Notes under the pieces: model-generated
What the model saw: the letters and a program-made list of their open reading frames with translations, nothing else
Databases searched by the model: none
What the model was told of the DNA's origin: nothing
Source: an uncultured Bacteroidales bacterium
Lineage (GTDB): Bacteria > Bacteroidota > Bacteroidia > Bacteroidales > F082
Assembly (NCBI GenBank): GCA_947303335.1
Contig: CAMYYB010000004.1
Location: 11,618-75,617, forward strand
Direction of reading: 5' to 3'
DNA length: 64,000 bases
Shown: piece by piece, positions 1-8,753 of the stretch
How the letters are laid out: each line of letters starts with the position of its first letter
How positions within the stretch are numbered: the first letter of the stretch is position 1
Translations under genes and position numbers: made by a program

Positions 1-2029
1 TGAAATACATGCCCTGCGGCAGGTCGGTGACATCAATCTGCTGGGTTTCCTCATGGATGCTGCCTGTCATCAGGGTCTGGCCCATCAGGTTGCTGATGCG
101 GTATGTTTCGGCCTGTAGAGACGCACGGCCGTGCGTCTCTACGACGAGGATGCCGTTGGTGGGATTGGGATAGACAGTTAATGATCCTGAGCCTGTCGAA
201 GGACCGTCTTCCTCAATGCCTTCATGATATTGCTCATAAATCTCGTCGCAATCCCTATCGCCCAATTTGAAAACCAAGACTTGGCTTTGCCAGTAGCAAC
301 GAATACCATTCACCCCATAGTTTCCACTTCTTTGCATGAGCCTTTCAGGGAAGAAACTGGTCAGATGGCCAACGCCACAAACGATGGTACCGCTAAACAG
401 ATTGTCCTCGTCGCTCACTCTCAAGGACCTGAATGGAACATCGTAATAGACATACTCACTCACCTCATCGACATGCAAAGTGATTCGCTCCGTACCCACA
501 GTAATCTCCCATTCGTCGCCTTCTTCAGCGTTATAATTGTAAAGCATGGTGAATTCCTGCAAATCCTTGTTCCACCAATACAACACGCCGTTTTCCTCGT
601 ACACATATTCGCGTGTCACTTCAATATGCTCGGCCTTATCATATAAGGTGTTCGTGCGGATAATGATCGTCACATCTTTGTGGTTGACAGTAGTGTCGGC
701 AACACATTCCAGATGTTGGTAGGTAATGGTTCCATTCTCATTTTCGATTTCGTAGTACCATTCGGAATGTAAAGCAGGGCCTTCCGTCATCTCAATGAAA
801 TTGGTGAAATCTTCCCAATAGTAAGCAAAGGTATAGTTTTCAAGACTTCCACTTGGAATGTATACAGGGATGTCTCTGCTGACACCTTGGAAAGATGTGG
901 CATCCAACGTAGGAGGAATATTATTATAGCAGGTGATGCTTTGGAGTTCATCACATCCGTCGAAGGCTCTTTCGCCTATGCTCACTACAGTGGTCGGTAT
1001 AGACACAGTCGTGATATGGCTATTATTAAAAGTTTTGTAGGCAATAGTGTCGATACCTTCCGGGATGGACACGCCTCCATCAATGAACCAACAATCAGCG
1101 AAAGCTGTTTCACCAATATGGGTTAGCGTTTGGGGAAGATTAGACTGGACTATTGTATTTCCTGGAAGTCCATGATTGCCAATATAAACCAATGAATCGG
1201 GCAACGAGATGGATTGCAGACTGGCATAATGGAAAGCTCCATCATTGATTATCTTGACCGAGTTTGGAATGACAAGAGGTTGAGACTCTTGCGCCCAAGC
1301 TGCAAAACAGAAAGCATGAGCTCCAATTTCCACCACATCATCTGGAATAATTGTGTTTTTCGTGCCGAGAAGCAAGATTTTCGAATCGCGTTCAATCAAG
1401 GCATTGCCCTCAACATAATAATTGGGATTGTCCTCATCGACGTATATAGATTCCAACCTAAAGCCACTGCCTAAGCCTCGTTGAGCAATATAAGTCACCG
1501 AAGCCGGTATGGTATAGCTTGTGATGCGGCGGTTAGCGAAAAAAGTAAGGTCTTCAATTCTTGTAACACCCTGGGGAATCGTGATGGGTCCTGTCAAATA
1601 TTCAAGCCACCAGAATGCGCCCACCCCCAGCGTTTCAAGGTTTTGAGGAAGCGTCAGACTACCCGTAACGCCTGAGCAGCCATAGAAAGCCATCCTACCG
1701 ATGGTATGGATATTGTCGGGCAGGACCAAGCTGCCAGTAATGCCTCTGCAATTATAAAAAGCACTGTCAGCAATGGCTACGATGTTGTAGACCTCATTGT
1801 CGTGTTCAACTGTTTCGGGAAAAACGACATCTCCCTGGGGACTGGGATAATTCCCCCAGCCGCCATGTGTTGGAGGCACCAATGCCACTTCACGGGCATC
1901 GGCATCGGTAATCTGGTAGTAGAGTGTCTGTCCCGACGCACAAACTGCCGAGAAGTCGAAATTGGTTTGTGCAAAGGCTCTGAAATGGATGGCAGCCAAG
2001 GCCATGATGATTAAAGATAACTTTTTCAT
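1..2029 (-). CDS. BspA-type leucine-rich-repeat surface protein with T9SS C-terminal sorting domain (3' end runs off the window)
   Basis: Absent from the ORF track because no stop lies in the window. My translation from the ATG at 2029 gives MKKLSLIIMALAAIHFRAFAQ (signal peptide), then LRR-like IPxSVxxIGxxAF repeats. It ends ...TVYPNPTNGILVVETHGRASLQAETYRISNLMGQTLMTGSIHEETQQIDVTDLPQGMYF, colinear with the neighbour at 2194-5247. Only short + strand ORFs cross this region. Confidence 0.75.
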   Translation of the reverse strand, partial: MKKLSLIIMALAAIHFRAFAQTNFDFSAVCASGQTLYYQITDADAREVALVPPTHGGWGNYPSPQGDVVFPETVEHDNEVYNIVAIADSAFYNCRGITGSLVLPDNIHTIGRMAFYGCSGVTGSLTLPQNLETLGVGAFWWLEYLTGPITIPQGVTRIEDLTFFANRRITSYTIPASVTYIAQRGLGSGFRLESIYVDEDNPNYYVEGNALIERDSKILLLGTKNTIIPDDVVEIGAHAFCFAAWAQESQPLVIPNSVKIINDGAFHYASLQSISLPDSLVYIGNHGLPGNTIVQSNLPQTLTHIGETAFADCWFIDGGVSIPEGIDTIAYKTFNNSHITTVSIPTTVVSIGERAFDGCDELQSITCYNNIPPTLDATSFQGVSRDIPVYIPSGSLENYTFAYYWEDFTNFIEMTEGPALHSEWYYEIENENGTITYQHLECVADTTVNHKDVTIIIRTNTLYDKAEHIEVTREYVYEENGVLYWWNKDLQEFTMLYNYNAEEGDEWEITVGTERITLHVDEVSEYVYYDVPFRSLRVSDEDNLFSGTIVCGVGHLTSFFPERLMQRSGNYGVNGIRCYWQSQVLVFKLGDRDCDEIYEQYHEGIEEDGPSTGSGSLTVYPNPTNGILVVETHGRASLQAETYRISNLMGQTLMTGSIHEETQQIDVTDLPQGMYF
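115..142. repeat. Perfect 28-bp palindrome GTAGAGACGCACGG/CCGTGCGTCTCTAC inside the T9SS CTD coding region
   Basis: Read directly from the sequence. It encodes VETHGRASLQ. Confidence 0.9.
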
Positions 2030-2133
2030 TGTTCTAATTATTTGATTGTTATTTATCTATTCGTTTAGGTTTGTACGTCTGTCGTACCTCGGCAGCCGCT
2101 GTGCCGTTTCAGCGTGGGTTTGCCATTTGTAGA

Positions 2134-2185
2134 GACGCATCGCATGCGTCCGTCGGTTGCGTTGGCGGACACACGCGGTGTGTCC
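2134..2185. repeat. Two degenerate copies of the GACGCA-type palindrome in the intergenic spacer
   Basis: GACGCAT-cgc-ATGCGTC (2134-2150) and GGACACAC-gcg-GTGTGTCC (2167-2185). They lie just 3' of the stop of gene 2194-5247 and could act as its terminator hairpins. Confidence 0.8.
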
Positions 2186-2193
2186 CTACAGGG

Positions 2194-5100
2194 TTATCGC
2201 ACCACAAATTTCTGTGTCATATCGCCTATGGTGATGAAATACATTCCCTGCGGCAGATTGGTCACGTCTATCTGCTGGGTTTCCTCATTGATATTGCCCG
2301 TCATCAGGGTTTGACCCATGAGGTTGGTGATGCGGTATTCCTCGTAGGGACGCACCGCGTGCGTCCGAACAAACAAAACGCCGTTGACCGGGTTGGGATA
2401 GACCGTCAAAGGTTCTGAGCCTGCCGAAGGGTCGTCTTCCTCAATGCCGAAATGGTATTCCTCATAAATTTCGTCGCAGTCCCTGTCGCCATATTTGAAC
2501 ACCAGATTACCCTCACGCCAGTAGCAGCGGATGCCTTCCACGCGGAAATTCTTGCCGCGCGTCATCAGCCTTTCGGGGAAGAAACTGGTGAGATGGCCAA
2601 TGCCGCTCATAATCTCTCCACTGAACAGGTTGTTTGCATCGCTCACGTGCAACAATCTATAGGTCGTTCCTTCATATTCATATTGTTCCACTGTGTCGAC
2701 ATGCATAATAATGCTTTCCGTACCCACTTTGATTTCCCATTCGTCACCGGTTTGGGCGCCAAGGTCGTAGAGCAAGGTGAAATCCTGAAGGGTCTCGTTC
2801 CACCAATACACCTTGCCGAAGTCTTCGTAGATGTATTCACGGGTCACCTCATTGTGTTGGCCTTTGTCATAAAGCGTGTTGGTGCGGATGATGATTTTCA
2901 CGTCCTTGTGGTTGACGGTCGTGTCGGCAGCATACAACAGATGCTGGTAAGTGATGCCTCCGTCTTCCCTTTGGATTTCATAGTACCATTCCGAACCCAG
3001 CGAAGACATGTTTCCGACATGGAAATACACATAATCCGGACTGTTAGGATTCTCGCTTCTCTTGGCAGGCACCGACTCACGGCCATCGGTATAGGAAGCG
3101 GTCAGTTGGTAATAATAGTCGCCGAAAGGCTGCTCCAAGTTGTCGAAATATTCCTCCTCGTCTCTACCCACCTCGGCAACTTTCTCCATTTCCTCCAAAG
3201 AGCTGCCGCGATAGATGTTGTAATGGTCGAGCTCTTCATTGTAGCCAGCCTCCTGATACCCCATGTCATTAGTAAAATAACCGCGAATCATCCAGTCGCC
3301 ACCACTGCCTTGCACGGAAGAATAATCATACCAATAGCCTCCATCACTTGCCCAACGGCCATCTGAGTTGCCAGAAGTCTGACAATAAGTAGCGTTGTTA
3401 ACTTCGACATTTGGGGCAGTAAGGACAATCCAAAGACTCTTTCCCACTTCACAGTCAATTGGATGACGAAGTTTCACCATCACCCATTCGTCGGGACCAG
3501 GTTCGATTTGAACATTATTTCCGGGAAGAAACTCCAAATTGTCAGGTTCCGTGTCACCTCCAACACCGAAAGCAAAGGCATAGTGAGCCTGATGATCTTG
3601 GAAACCAGCCTTATAGAATGCCACATGCGTCAGCACATCACCCGCTTGGATTTCCTCAGCCGGAATCCTTATTCCCCACAAATTACACCAGACAGATCCT
3701 GCATAAGGTTCCTCATCATAATGGAACCAATGGCTGGCAAAAGGTTTGTTCCACCAAAGTTGCGCACCGTAAATGCCTTGGTCGGTGGTCGGGCTGCCGC
3801 CAAAGTTGAAAGGTGCCTCGCAATACTCATAAAGGTCGCCGCAGTCTTCCTCAATAGCAACTGGCTCGTTGCCCCAATCCGAGTTTTCGTATGCTTCCTT
3901 CGCGCCGCAGGGCACAATCAGGCGGACTGTATCATTGCAATACGCAAAAACGTTTCCTCCGTCCAAGGGTGGGATCGATTGCAATAATGTGACCGTTTGC
4001 AAGGCCGTGCACTCCCCGAAGGCATAGGATCTGATTTCATAAACACGACCTGTTATGACTACGGTTTCCAAATTGCTGCAACCATAGAACGCAGCATCTT
4101 CAATATGAGCCGTCGTGGGTAGGACAATGTGTCTCAAACTCGTACAACCACTAAAGGCAGCACCCCCAATATCATCTATATCGCCTTCAAATGTAATCGA
4201 AACCAATCCTGACTGTTTGAAGGCATTACGAGATATGGCGACTACCGATTCAGGAACAGTGATGCTCTGCAAAGCCGTGCAATCCTGGAAAAGACCTACG
4301 TTGATGGATCCCAAATGACTTGAAAGCGTAATGGAAGACAATCTTGAGCACCCCAAGAAGGCTTCGTCGCCAATACTCTGTACCGCATCGGGAATGACCA
4401 TTTCCGTGACAGCCGTGGTGTAGCAAAACGCGGATGCCCCGATTTCGGTCACTGTAGCAGGAATATCAATCGTTGACAAGGAGACGCAACGCTCGAACAG
4501 CGACTCGGGGATCACCTGAAGCGTTTCGGGCAGATGGACTGACTGGAGTGCCAGACAGTAATAGAACGCACTGGGGCCAATCTCCGTCACCGAATTTGGG
4601 ATGTCTATCGAGGTGAGTCTCGTGCAGGATTTAAACGAGCTCTCGCCGATATAGGTCACCGACTCAGGGATGTCGATAGTAGTAATATATGACATTTCAA
4701 ACGCGCTCTTTTCGATTCGGGTGACCGATGACGGAATCTCAATGTTGGTCAGGCCAGTGCAATCGAAGAACATTCTTTCCGAAATAGTGGTGAAGCCCTC
4801 GGGAAGTCGCAACGAAGTCAGGCCATAGCAGCTGGCAAACGCCCCTGGGCCAAAGCTTTCAATGGAATTGGGCAGAATGACGAGGCTAAGATGCGGACTT
4901 GAAGCAAATGCCGATTCCCCAATGATCGTCACCGTATTGGGTACAATAACAGAATTCAACTGTCCTTCACAACCGCCGAAAGCGATTTCACCAATAGCAG
5001 TAACGGTATAGGTAACACCTTCGTAGGTCACCGTTTCGGGAACGACGATGTCGCCCACGTAGGTGTTGAAATGCCATTGGCCGTAGGTCACTTCCACTGT

Positions 5101-5247
5101 AGTGTCGGTAATGATGTTATAATACAAGGCACTCGCCTCGTCGAAGAATCTCGTTCCGACTCCGCCATCGGCACGGTCATTTTGTTGCGCCACGCCACCA
5201 AGGGCAATGGCAAGCAGGATTGCTGTTGTTAATAATGACTTTTTCAT
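2194..5247 (-). CDS. BspA-type leucine-rich-repeat surface protein with T9SS C-terminal sorting domain
   Basis: 1017-aa ORF with signal peptide MKKSLLTTAILLAIALGGVAQQ. About 20 repeats of the IPxSVxxIGxxAFxxCxxLxS type. C-terminus TVYPNPVNGVLFV...NLMGQTLMTG...GMYFITIGDMTQKFVVR is typical of T9SS CTDs. Confidence 0.85.
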   Translation of the reverse strand: MKKSLLTTAILLAIALGGVAQQNDRADGGVGTRFFDEASALYYNIITDTTVEVTYGQWHFNTYVGDIVVPETVTYEGVTYTVTAIGEIAFGGCEGQLNSVIVPNTVTIIGESAFASSPHLSLVILPNSIESFGPGAFASCYGLTSLRLPEGFTTISERMFFDCTGLTNIEIPSSVTRIEKSAFEMSYITTIDIPESVTYIGESSFKSCTRLTSIDIPNSVTEIGPSAFYYCLALQSVHLPETLQVIPESLFERCVSLSTIDIPATVTEIGASAFCYTTAVTEMVIPDAVQSIGDEAFLGCSRLSSITLSSHLGSINVGLFQDCTALQSITVPESVVAISRNAFKQSGLVSITFEGDIDDIGGAAFSGCTSLRHIVLPTTAHIEDAAFYGCSNLETVVITGRVYEIRSYAFGECTALQTVTLLQSIPPLDGGNVFAYCNDTVRLIVPCGAKEAYENSDWGNEPVAIEEDCGDLYEYCEAPFNFGGSPTTDQGIYGAQLWWNKPFASHWFHYDEEPYAGSVWCNLWGIRIPAEEIQAGDVLTHVAFYKAGFQDHQAHYAFAFGVGGDTEPDNLEFLPGNNVQIEPGPDEWVMVKLRHPIDCEVGKSLWIVLTAPNVEVNNATYCQTSGNSDGRWASDGGYWYDYSSVQGSGGDWMIRGYFTNDMGYQEAGYNEELDHYNIYRGSSLEEMEKVAEVGRDEEEYFDNLEQPFGDYYYQLTASYTDGRESVPAKRSENPNSPDYVYFHVGNMSSLGSEWYYEIQREDGGITYQHLLYAADTTVNHKDVKIIIRTNTLYDKGQHNEVTREYIYEDFGKVYWWNETLQDFTLLYDLGAQTGDEWEIKVGTESIIMHVDTVEQYEYEGTTYRLLHVSDANNLFSGEIMSGIGHLTSFFPERLMTRGKNFRVEGIRCYWREGNLVFKYGDRDCDEIYEEYHFGIEEDDPSAGSEPLTVYPNPVNGVLFVRTHAVRPYEEYRITNLMGQTLMTGNINEETQQIDVTNLPQGMYFITIGDMTQKFVVR
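2348..2366. repeat. GGACGCAC-cgc-GTGCGTCC palindrome inside the CTD coding region of 2194-5247
   Basis: Read directly. It encodes RTHAVRP at the position equivalent to the palindrome in the paralogue. Confidence 0.85.
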
Positions 5248-5289
5248 TGTTCTAATTATTTGATTGTTATTTATTTGATTTCTTGTTTT

Positions 5290-5346
5290 AACTACGGATT
5301 TTACGGATTATACGGAACATCCGTCAAATCCGTGTAATCCGTAGTT
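5290..5346. repeat. 57-bp hairpin element with 11-bp perfect termini AACTACGGATT / AATCCGTAGTT
   Basis: Read directly. The interior consists of ACGGAT/ATCCGT word repeats. Intergenic. Confidence 0.85.
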
Positions 5347-5348
5347 TC

Positions 5349-6833
5349 TCACACTGCGTTGACGATTTCCTCAAATGTCCGAGTGTCTTCCCCGAGGTCC
5401 ATCTTCATTTGTTTGATGCGGGTCTTGCGTTTGTAGTAGGAGTCGGTCTGGGTGTCCAAGAGGATGGAAATCACCTGGTTGGAGAAGCCGTTCTTCGAGA
5501 GGCAGCAGATGCGGACATCCCATTTGCTGAGTCGGGGATAAAGCTCCAAGAGGCGTTGCGAGAAGCCGTCGTACACCAAATCAGTAAGACTGATGAAGTC
5601 GGCCCAGTCAGCATCGCTGAGGGCGAAGCTCATCGTGTCTGCCGTCACCTGGTCACCGAGGCCTTGCGCTGTGGCGTAAATCTTGTTGCGTCCCATGATT
5701 TTGCTCGTCATCAGCAGGTCTTTCTGCGAGAGGGTCTGCCGGTCGCGGCGCAGGTCGTCGTTGGTGCGGATGAGGGTCTCCATATCGCTCACCAATTCGT
5801 GGATACGGTTCTGGTCGCGCTCCACCTGACTCTGGAACTGGGCAACGGCAATCTTATGGTCGCTCACCTTCTTTCTCACCATCATGGTGATGAAGAGTAT
5901 CATGATTACCGCTGCGGCGATGATGAGCCAGAGCTTGAGGCTACGGTTGCGGAGCAGGAGCTCCATCTCGCTCTTCTGGGCTTTCAGCTCATACTCGGCC
6001 TTGAGGCGTTGCATGTTCTCGCTGTCGTGTTCCTTCTCCACCTGCAAGAGGCTCTGCGTGAACTGGTCCTGATAGTCGGTGGCCTGCTGGTAGTTGCCTT
6101 CGTTGTAGGCGATAGCATAGAGGGTCTGATAGACGGACATCCTCACCCCTGCCCTTTCGCTGCGCAGGGCTTCGTTGAGATGGGTTTTGGCCGTCTCGTA
6201 GTCGTCGGTGTAGTAATACAGCACACCGAGGGTCATCTGGGCGATGTCGAGGTCGTTGCCTTCCAGTCCGCCCTCCATGGCGCGGGTGACGCAATCGATG
6301 GCCTTGGGGAAGTTGCCCACGGGCAGGTAGTAGTCGCGCCCCATCTCAAGGTAGAGGTCGTTCTGCATCGCCTCGTCATTAATTAAGGTGGCCATGCTGA
6401 AGGCGGTGTCGTAGTAACGTTTGGCGTCAGTATACTGTTCCATCGACTTAGCCACGCGGCCACAGTTACGCATAGCCGTCATGATTTCAGTCGTGTCGTT
6501 CACCGAGCGGAAACAGGCGATAGCCTCGCGGTGCATCGCGAGGGCGTCCTCAAAGAGGCCGTGCTTGTTGTACATCGCTCCGAGGTTGTCTTTCAGCTGG
6601 CCTTCGAGGAGAAGTGTCCGAGGGTCTGTCTCATCCTTGTCGAGAAGTTCAAGTGCCTGGAGGAACTTTTCGGCAGCCTCTTCCGAGAGGCGCTGGCTGC
6701 GCAGTTCGGTGCCTTCTTCATATAAGGTATGCGCACGCTCATAACGCTTGGCCGACGTGTCGCAAGCGGTCATCATCACGCTTAGAACGAGGGCCGTAAG
6801 AATTAGGGATTTCACTGTTGCATTCATAGGCAA
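5349..6833 (-). CDS. TPR-repeat protein with one internal TM helix and a C-terminal LuxR/GerE-like HTH (putative membrane-anchored regulator)
   Basis: N-terminal lipoprotein-like signal (LVLSVMMTAC), TPR-like helical repeats and a TM segment LWLIIAAAVIMILFITMMV. The C-terminal LSKWDVRICCLSKNGFSNQVISILLDTQTDSYYKRKTRIKQ resembles a GerE-type HTH. Confidence 0.5.
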   Translation of the reverse strand: MPMNATVKSLILTALVLSVMMTACDTSAKRYERAHTLYEEGTELRSQRLSEEAAEKFLQALELLDKDETDPRTLLLEGQLKDNLGAMYNKHGLFEDALAMHREAIACFRSVNDTTEIMTAMRNCGRVAKSMEQYTDAKRYYDTAFSMATLINDEAMQNDLYLEMGRDYYLPVGNFPKAIDCVTRAMEGGLEGNDLDIAQMTLGVLYYYTDDYETAKTHLNEALRSERAGVRMSVYQTLYAIAYNEGNYQQATDYQDQFTQSLLQVEKEHDSENMQRLKAEYELKAQKSEMELLLRNRSLKLWLIIAAAVIMILFITMMVRKKVSDHKIAVAQFQSQVERDQNRIHELVSDMETLIRTNDDLRRDRQTLSQKDLLMTSKIMGRNKIYATAQGLGDQVTADTMSFALSDADWADFISLTDLVYDGFSQRLLELYPRLSKWDVRICCLSKNGFSNQVISILLDTQTDSYYKRKTRIKQMKMDLGEDTRTFEEIVNAV

Positions 6834-6847
6834 GTATTTTTCTGTCG

Positions 6848-6855
6848 CAAAAATA
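6848..6855 (-). promoter_or_regulatory. -7 box TATTTTTG upstream of the TPR/HTH gene
   Basis: The reverse complement of caaaaata, 15 nt upstream of the ATG at 6833. Confidence 0.45.
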
Positions 6856-6962
6856 TACAGAAAAAACGCTTGTCAAGAGGTTTTCGGAGAGCCTCCGGAT
6901 TTTGTCCCTATGATTTTTGGTTGATTTTTTATAACGTATTGGTTTTCAGAAACGATAAAACT

Positions 6963-6986
6963 ATAGGGACAAAATTTTGTCCCTAT
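6963..6986. terminator. Perfect 24-bp palindrome ATAGGGACAAAA/TTTTGTCCCTAT, 5 nt 3' of the SAH stop
   Basis: Read directly. On the minus strand it is followed by a T-rich stretch (agttttatcgttt). Its right arm plus flank (ATTTTGTCCCTATGATTTTT, 6974-6993) is repeated exactly at 6899-6918. Confidence 0.55.
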
Positions 6987-6991
6987 GATTT

Positions 6992-7558
6992 TTATGCTCC
7001 GAAGGTCTTTTCCAACAAAATAACGAACTCTTGGTAGGCCAAAGAATCCGAAAGTTCGGCCAAAGCCTCTGCCAACGAGCGGTAATACCATTCAATGTCC
7101 GGCTTCCCGTTGGGCGCATGAAAGCGGCTCCACACCGCCTCGCCCACCTGCCGGTAGTCCCAGGCGATGCCCCTCATGTTGGAGAGCTTGTCGCCCAAGG
7201 CCACCACCTTGCTGTCGAATGGGGCTGAAGTCAGCTTGTCCAACTGGGCTTTCTTTTTTTCGCGCCAGGTGAGGTTGCCAGACAAGGGGGCCGTCTCGTG
7301 TTGGACGAGGGTCGCCACCCTTTCGCCAAACCGCTCGCGGATTTCCTCAAAAGTCACGTCGGTGTCCTCGATGGTATCGTGCAGCATTGCGGCTGCCAAC
7401 ATCTCAGGGTCATTGGTGAGGGTGGCCACGATGCTGGCGGCCTCCATGGGGTGAAGGATATAAGGATAGCCCTTGCCGCGACGCTCGGTGCCGCTGTGGG
7501 CTTCGGTGGCAAACTTTACCGCTTGGTCGAAAAAGTGGGTGTCCAATGGATTGTTCAT
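6992..7558 (-). CDS. HD-domain (p)ppGpp/alarmone hydrolase, small alarmone hydrolase (SAH) type
   Basis: Motifs AHSGTERRGKGYPYILHPMEAA and MLHDTIEDT are the RelA/SpoT-homologue hydrolase (HD) signatures. The protein is 188 aa with a single domain. Confidence 0.75.
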   Translation of the reverse strand: MNNPLDTHFFDQAVKFATEAHSGTERRGKGYPYILHPMEAASIVATLTNDPEMLAAAMLHDTIEDTDVTFEEIRERFGERVATLVQHETAPLSGNLTWREKKKAQLDKLTSAPFDSKVVALGDKLSNMRGIAWDYRQVGEAVWSRFHAPNGKPDIEWYYRSLAEALAELSDSLAYQEFVILLEKTFGA

Positions 7559-7560
7559 GG

Positions 7561-8640
7561 TCAGATGAGATTGATTTTTTTCGCCTGTTCGTAGATGATT
7601 TTGGCATGTTTCACGTTGTGTTCGCCCTCACCGTAAAGGCTGGCCAACAGACGTATGACACCAGCCTCGCCGAATCCTTGCTTGAGAATGGCGACGATAC
7701 AGATGTTCTGCAAGACCATTGAATAGGCCATACTGTCGGAGCCGGTACCCGCCATCTGAATGAGTGCCAACTGAAATGCACCATCGCTGTAGGTGTTGCG
7801 CAACCGCTCCAGGTCGCCAATGGTTTTCATGCCCATGCGGCGCAGCACAGGATAATAGGGCGCGATGCTGTCTTCGTACAGCTTGGCTTGGTTGACCCCG
7901 ACAATTTTCTCAGCCAGACTGAGATAAGGCTTCAGCTTCATGTAGGTGTGGAAGGTATCGCCGTTCAGCGGCACTTCGTTGAAGTTGCCCGTAGCCACAA
8001 GGGATTGCACGTTGCGCCGATAGTCGTTGATTTCCTTGCGGATGCGGGTGAACTGCGCGTCGGCCAGTTCAAGCATTCCCGCCAAGAGATTCATGTCGCG
8101 CTGATACTCTATAGGAATTTCCACGTCGTTCTTATATCCCATGTCGTGATACAGATTGGCCCATGCGTGTTGCAACAGACTGCGTATCTGCAATTCAAAG
8201 CGTATTTGGTTGAGTTCGGGCATATCGGGGTCCTTGCACACCGACTCGGGAATACGGCAGATGTAGTGCATCGACATATAACCTAAGCGGTCGGTCTCCA
8301 GCATCTTGCGCTTGTCGACGGAGTTTTCCCAGTCGATGTCGAACAGGCGCTCCACATGAGCCGAGATGAGGTCCACTTCGTTACTATAATAGGTGACGAC
8401 GCGAACGCCAAAGATATCGGTGATGTCGGCAAGGGTATGGTATTTATAGCCTTTCAGATCCAATTTGCCCGTCAGGCTTTTCTCCGTCTTGATGCGACCT
8501 TCCATGCCGGCAATCAGGATATGGTTTTCGTCCAAGCAGGTCCGAATTCTTTCGAGGACGAGGCCTCTCATCCGCTCGAAAAGGGGTTGCTTCTCGCGGT
8601 ACTCGTCGAGTATCATTTCATAGTGCAAGTCTTGTTTCAT
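7561..8640 (-). CDS. RelA/SpoT-domain small alarmone synthetase (SAS) with a roughly 170-aa C-terminal extension of unknown function
   Basis: Motifs RIKTEKSLTGKL, DIFGVRVVTYY, LGYMSMHY and ELQIRSLLQHAWANLYHDMGYK form the nucleotidyl/pyrophosphotransferase core of the RelA_SpoT synthetase family. The stop lies 2 nt before the SAH start. Confidence 0.8.
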   Translation of the reverse strand: MKQDLHYEMILDEYREKQPLFERMRGLVLERIRTCLDENHILIAGMEGRIKTEKSLTGKLDLKGYKYHTLADITDIFGVRVVTYYSNEVDLISAHVERLFDIDWENSVDKRKMLETDRLGYMSMHYICRIPESVCKDPDMPELNQIRFELQIRSLLQHAWANLYHDMGYKNDVEIPIEYQRDMNLLAGMLELADAQFTRIRKEINDYRRNVQSLVATGNFNEVPLNGDTFHTYMKLKPYLSLAEKIVGVNQAKLYEDSIAPYYPVLRRMGMKTIGDLERLRNTYSDGAFQLALIQMAGTGSDSMAYSMVLQNICIVAILKQGFGEAGVIRLLASLYGEGEHNVKHAKIIYEQAKKINLI

Positions 8641-8678
8641 ACGATGACAATGAGGTTAGCATATCCGAAAAAGTTATG

Positions 8679-8686
8679 CAAATGTA
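8679..8686 (-). promoter_or_regulatory. -7 box TACATTTG for the SAS-SAH operon
   Basis: The reverse complement of caaatgta matches TAnnTTTG, about 39 nt upstream of the ATG at 8640. Confidence 0.45.
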
Positions 8687-8725
8687 CGAAAACTTACAGA
8701 AAATGAACTGTTTCTTGCTTTTTTT

Positions 8726-8733
8726 TACCTTTG
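8726..8733 (+). promoter_or_regulatory. Bacteroidetes -7 box TACCTTTG
   Basis: Matches the TAnnTTTG consensus, 21 nt upstream of the ATG at 8754. Confidence 0.5.
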
Positions 8734-8753
8734 TCACCGAAAACACAGTAACT

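Noticed and set aside
2452-3366. Long + strand ORF (304 aa). Similar long antisense ORFs occur at 5409-6386, 10245-11066, 12254-12784, 13478-14095, 20184-21311, 21326-22141, 23350-24030, 24580-25218, 25369-26073, 33624-34709, 35232-35855, 53578-54378, 60999-61664 and elsewhere.
   Set aside because: Each lies fully inside, and antisense to, a much longer ORF with clear family motifs. Their translations are low-complexity (H/V/G/R-rich) shadow frames typical of GC-biased third positions.
8676-8753. 26-codon N-terminal extension of the APH-family ORF.
   Set aside because: The extension covers the promoter box TACCTTTG (8726-8733) and reads as junk (MQMYENLQKMNCFLLFFTF...). The ATG at 8754 follows the box at the usual distance.
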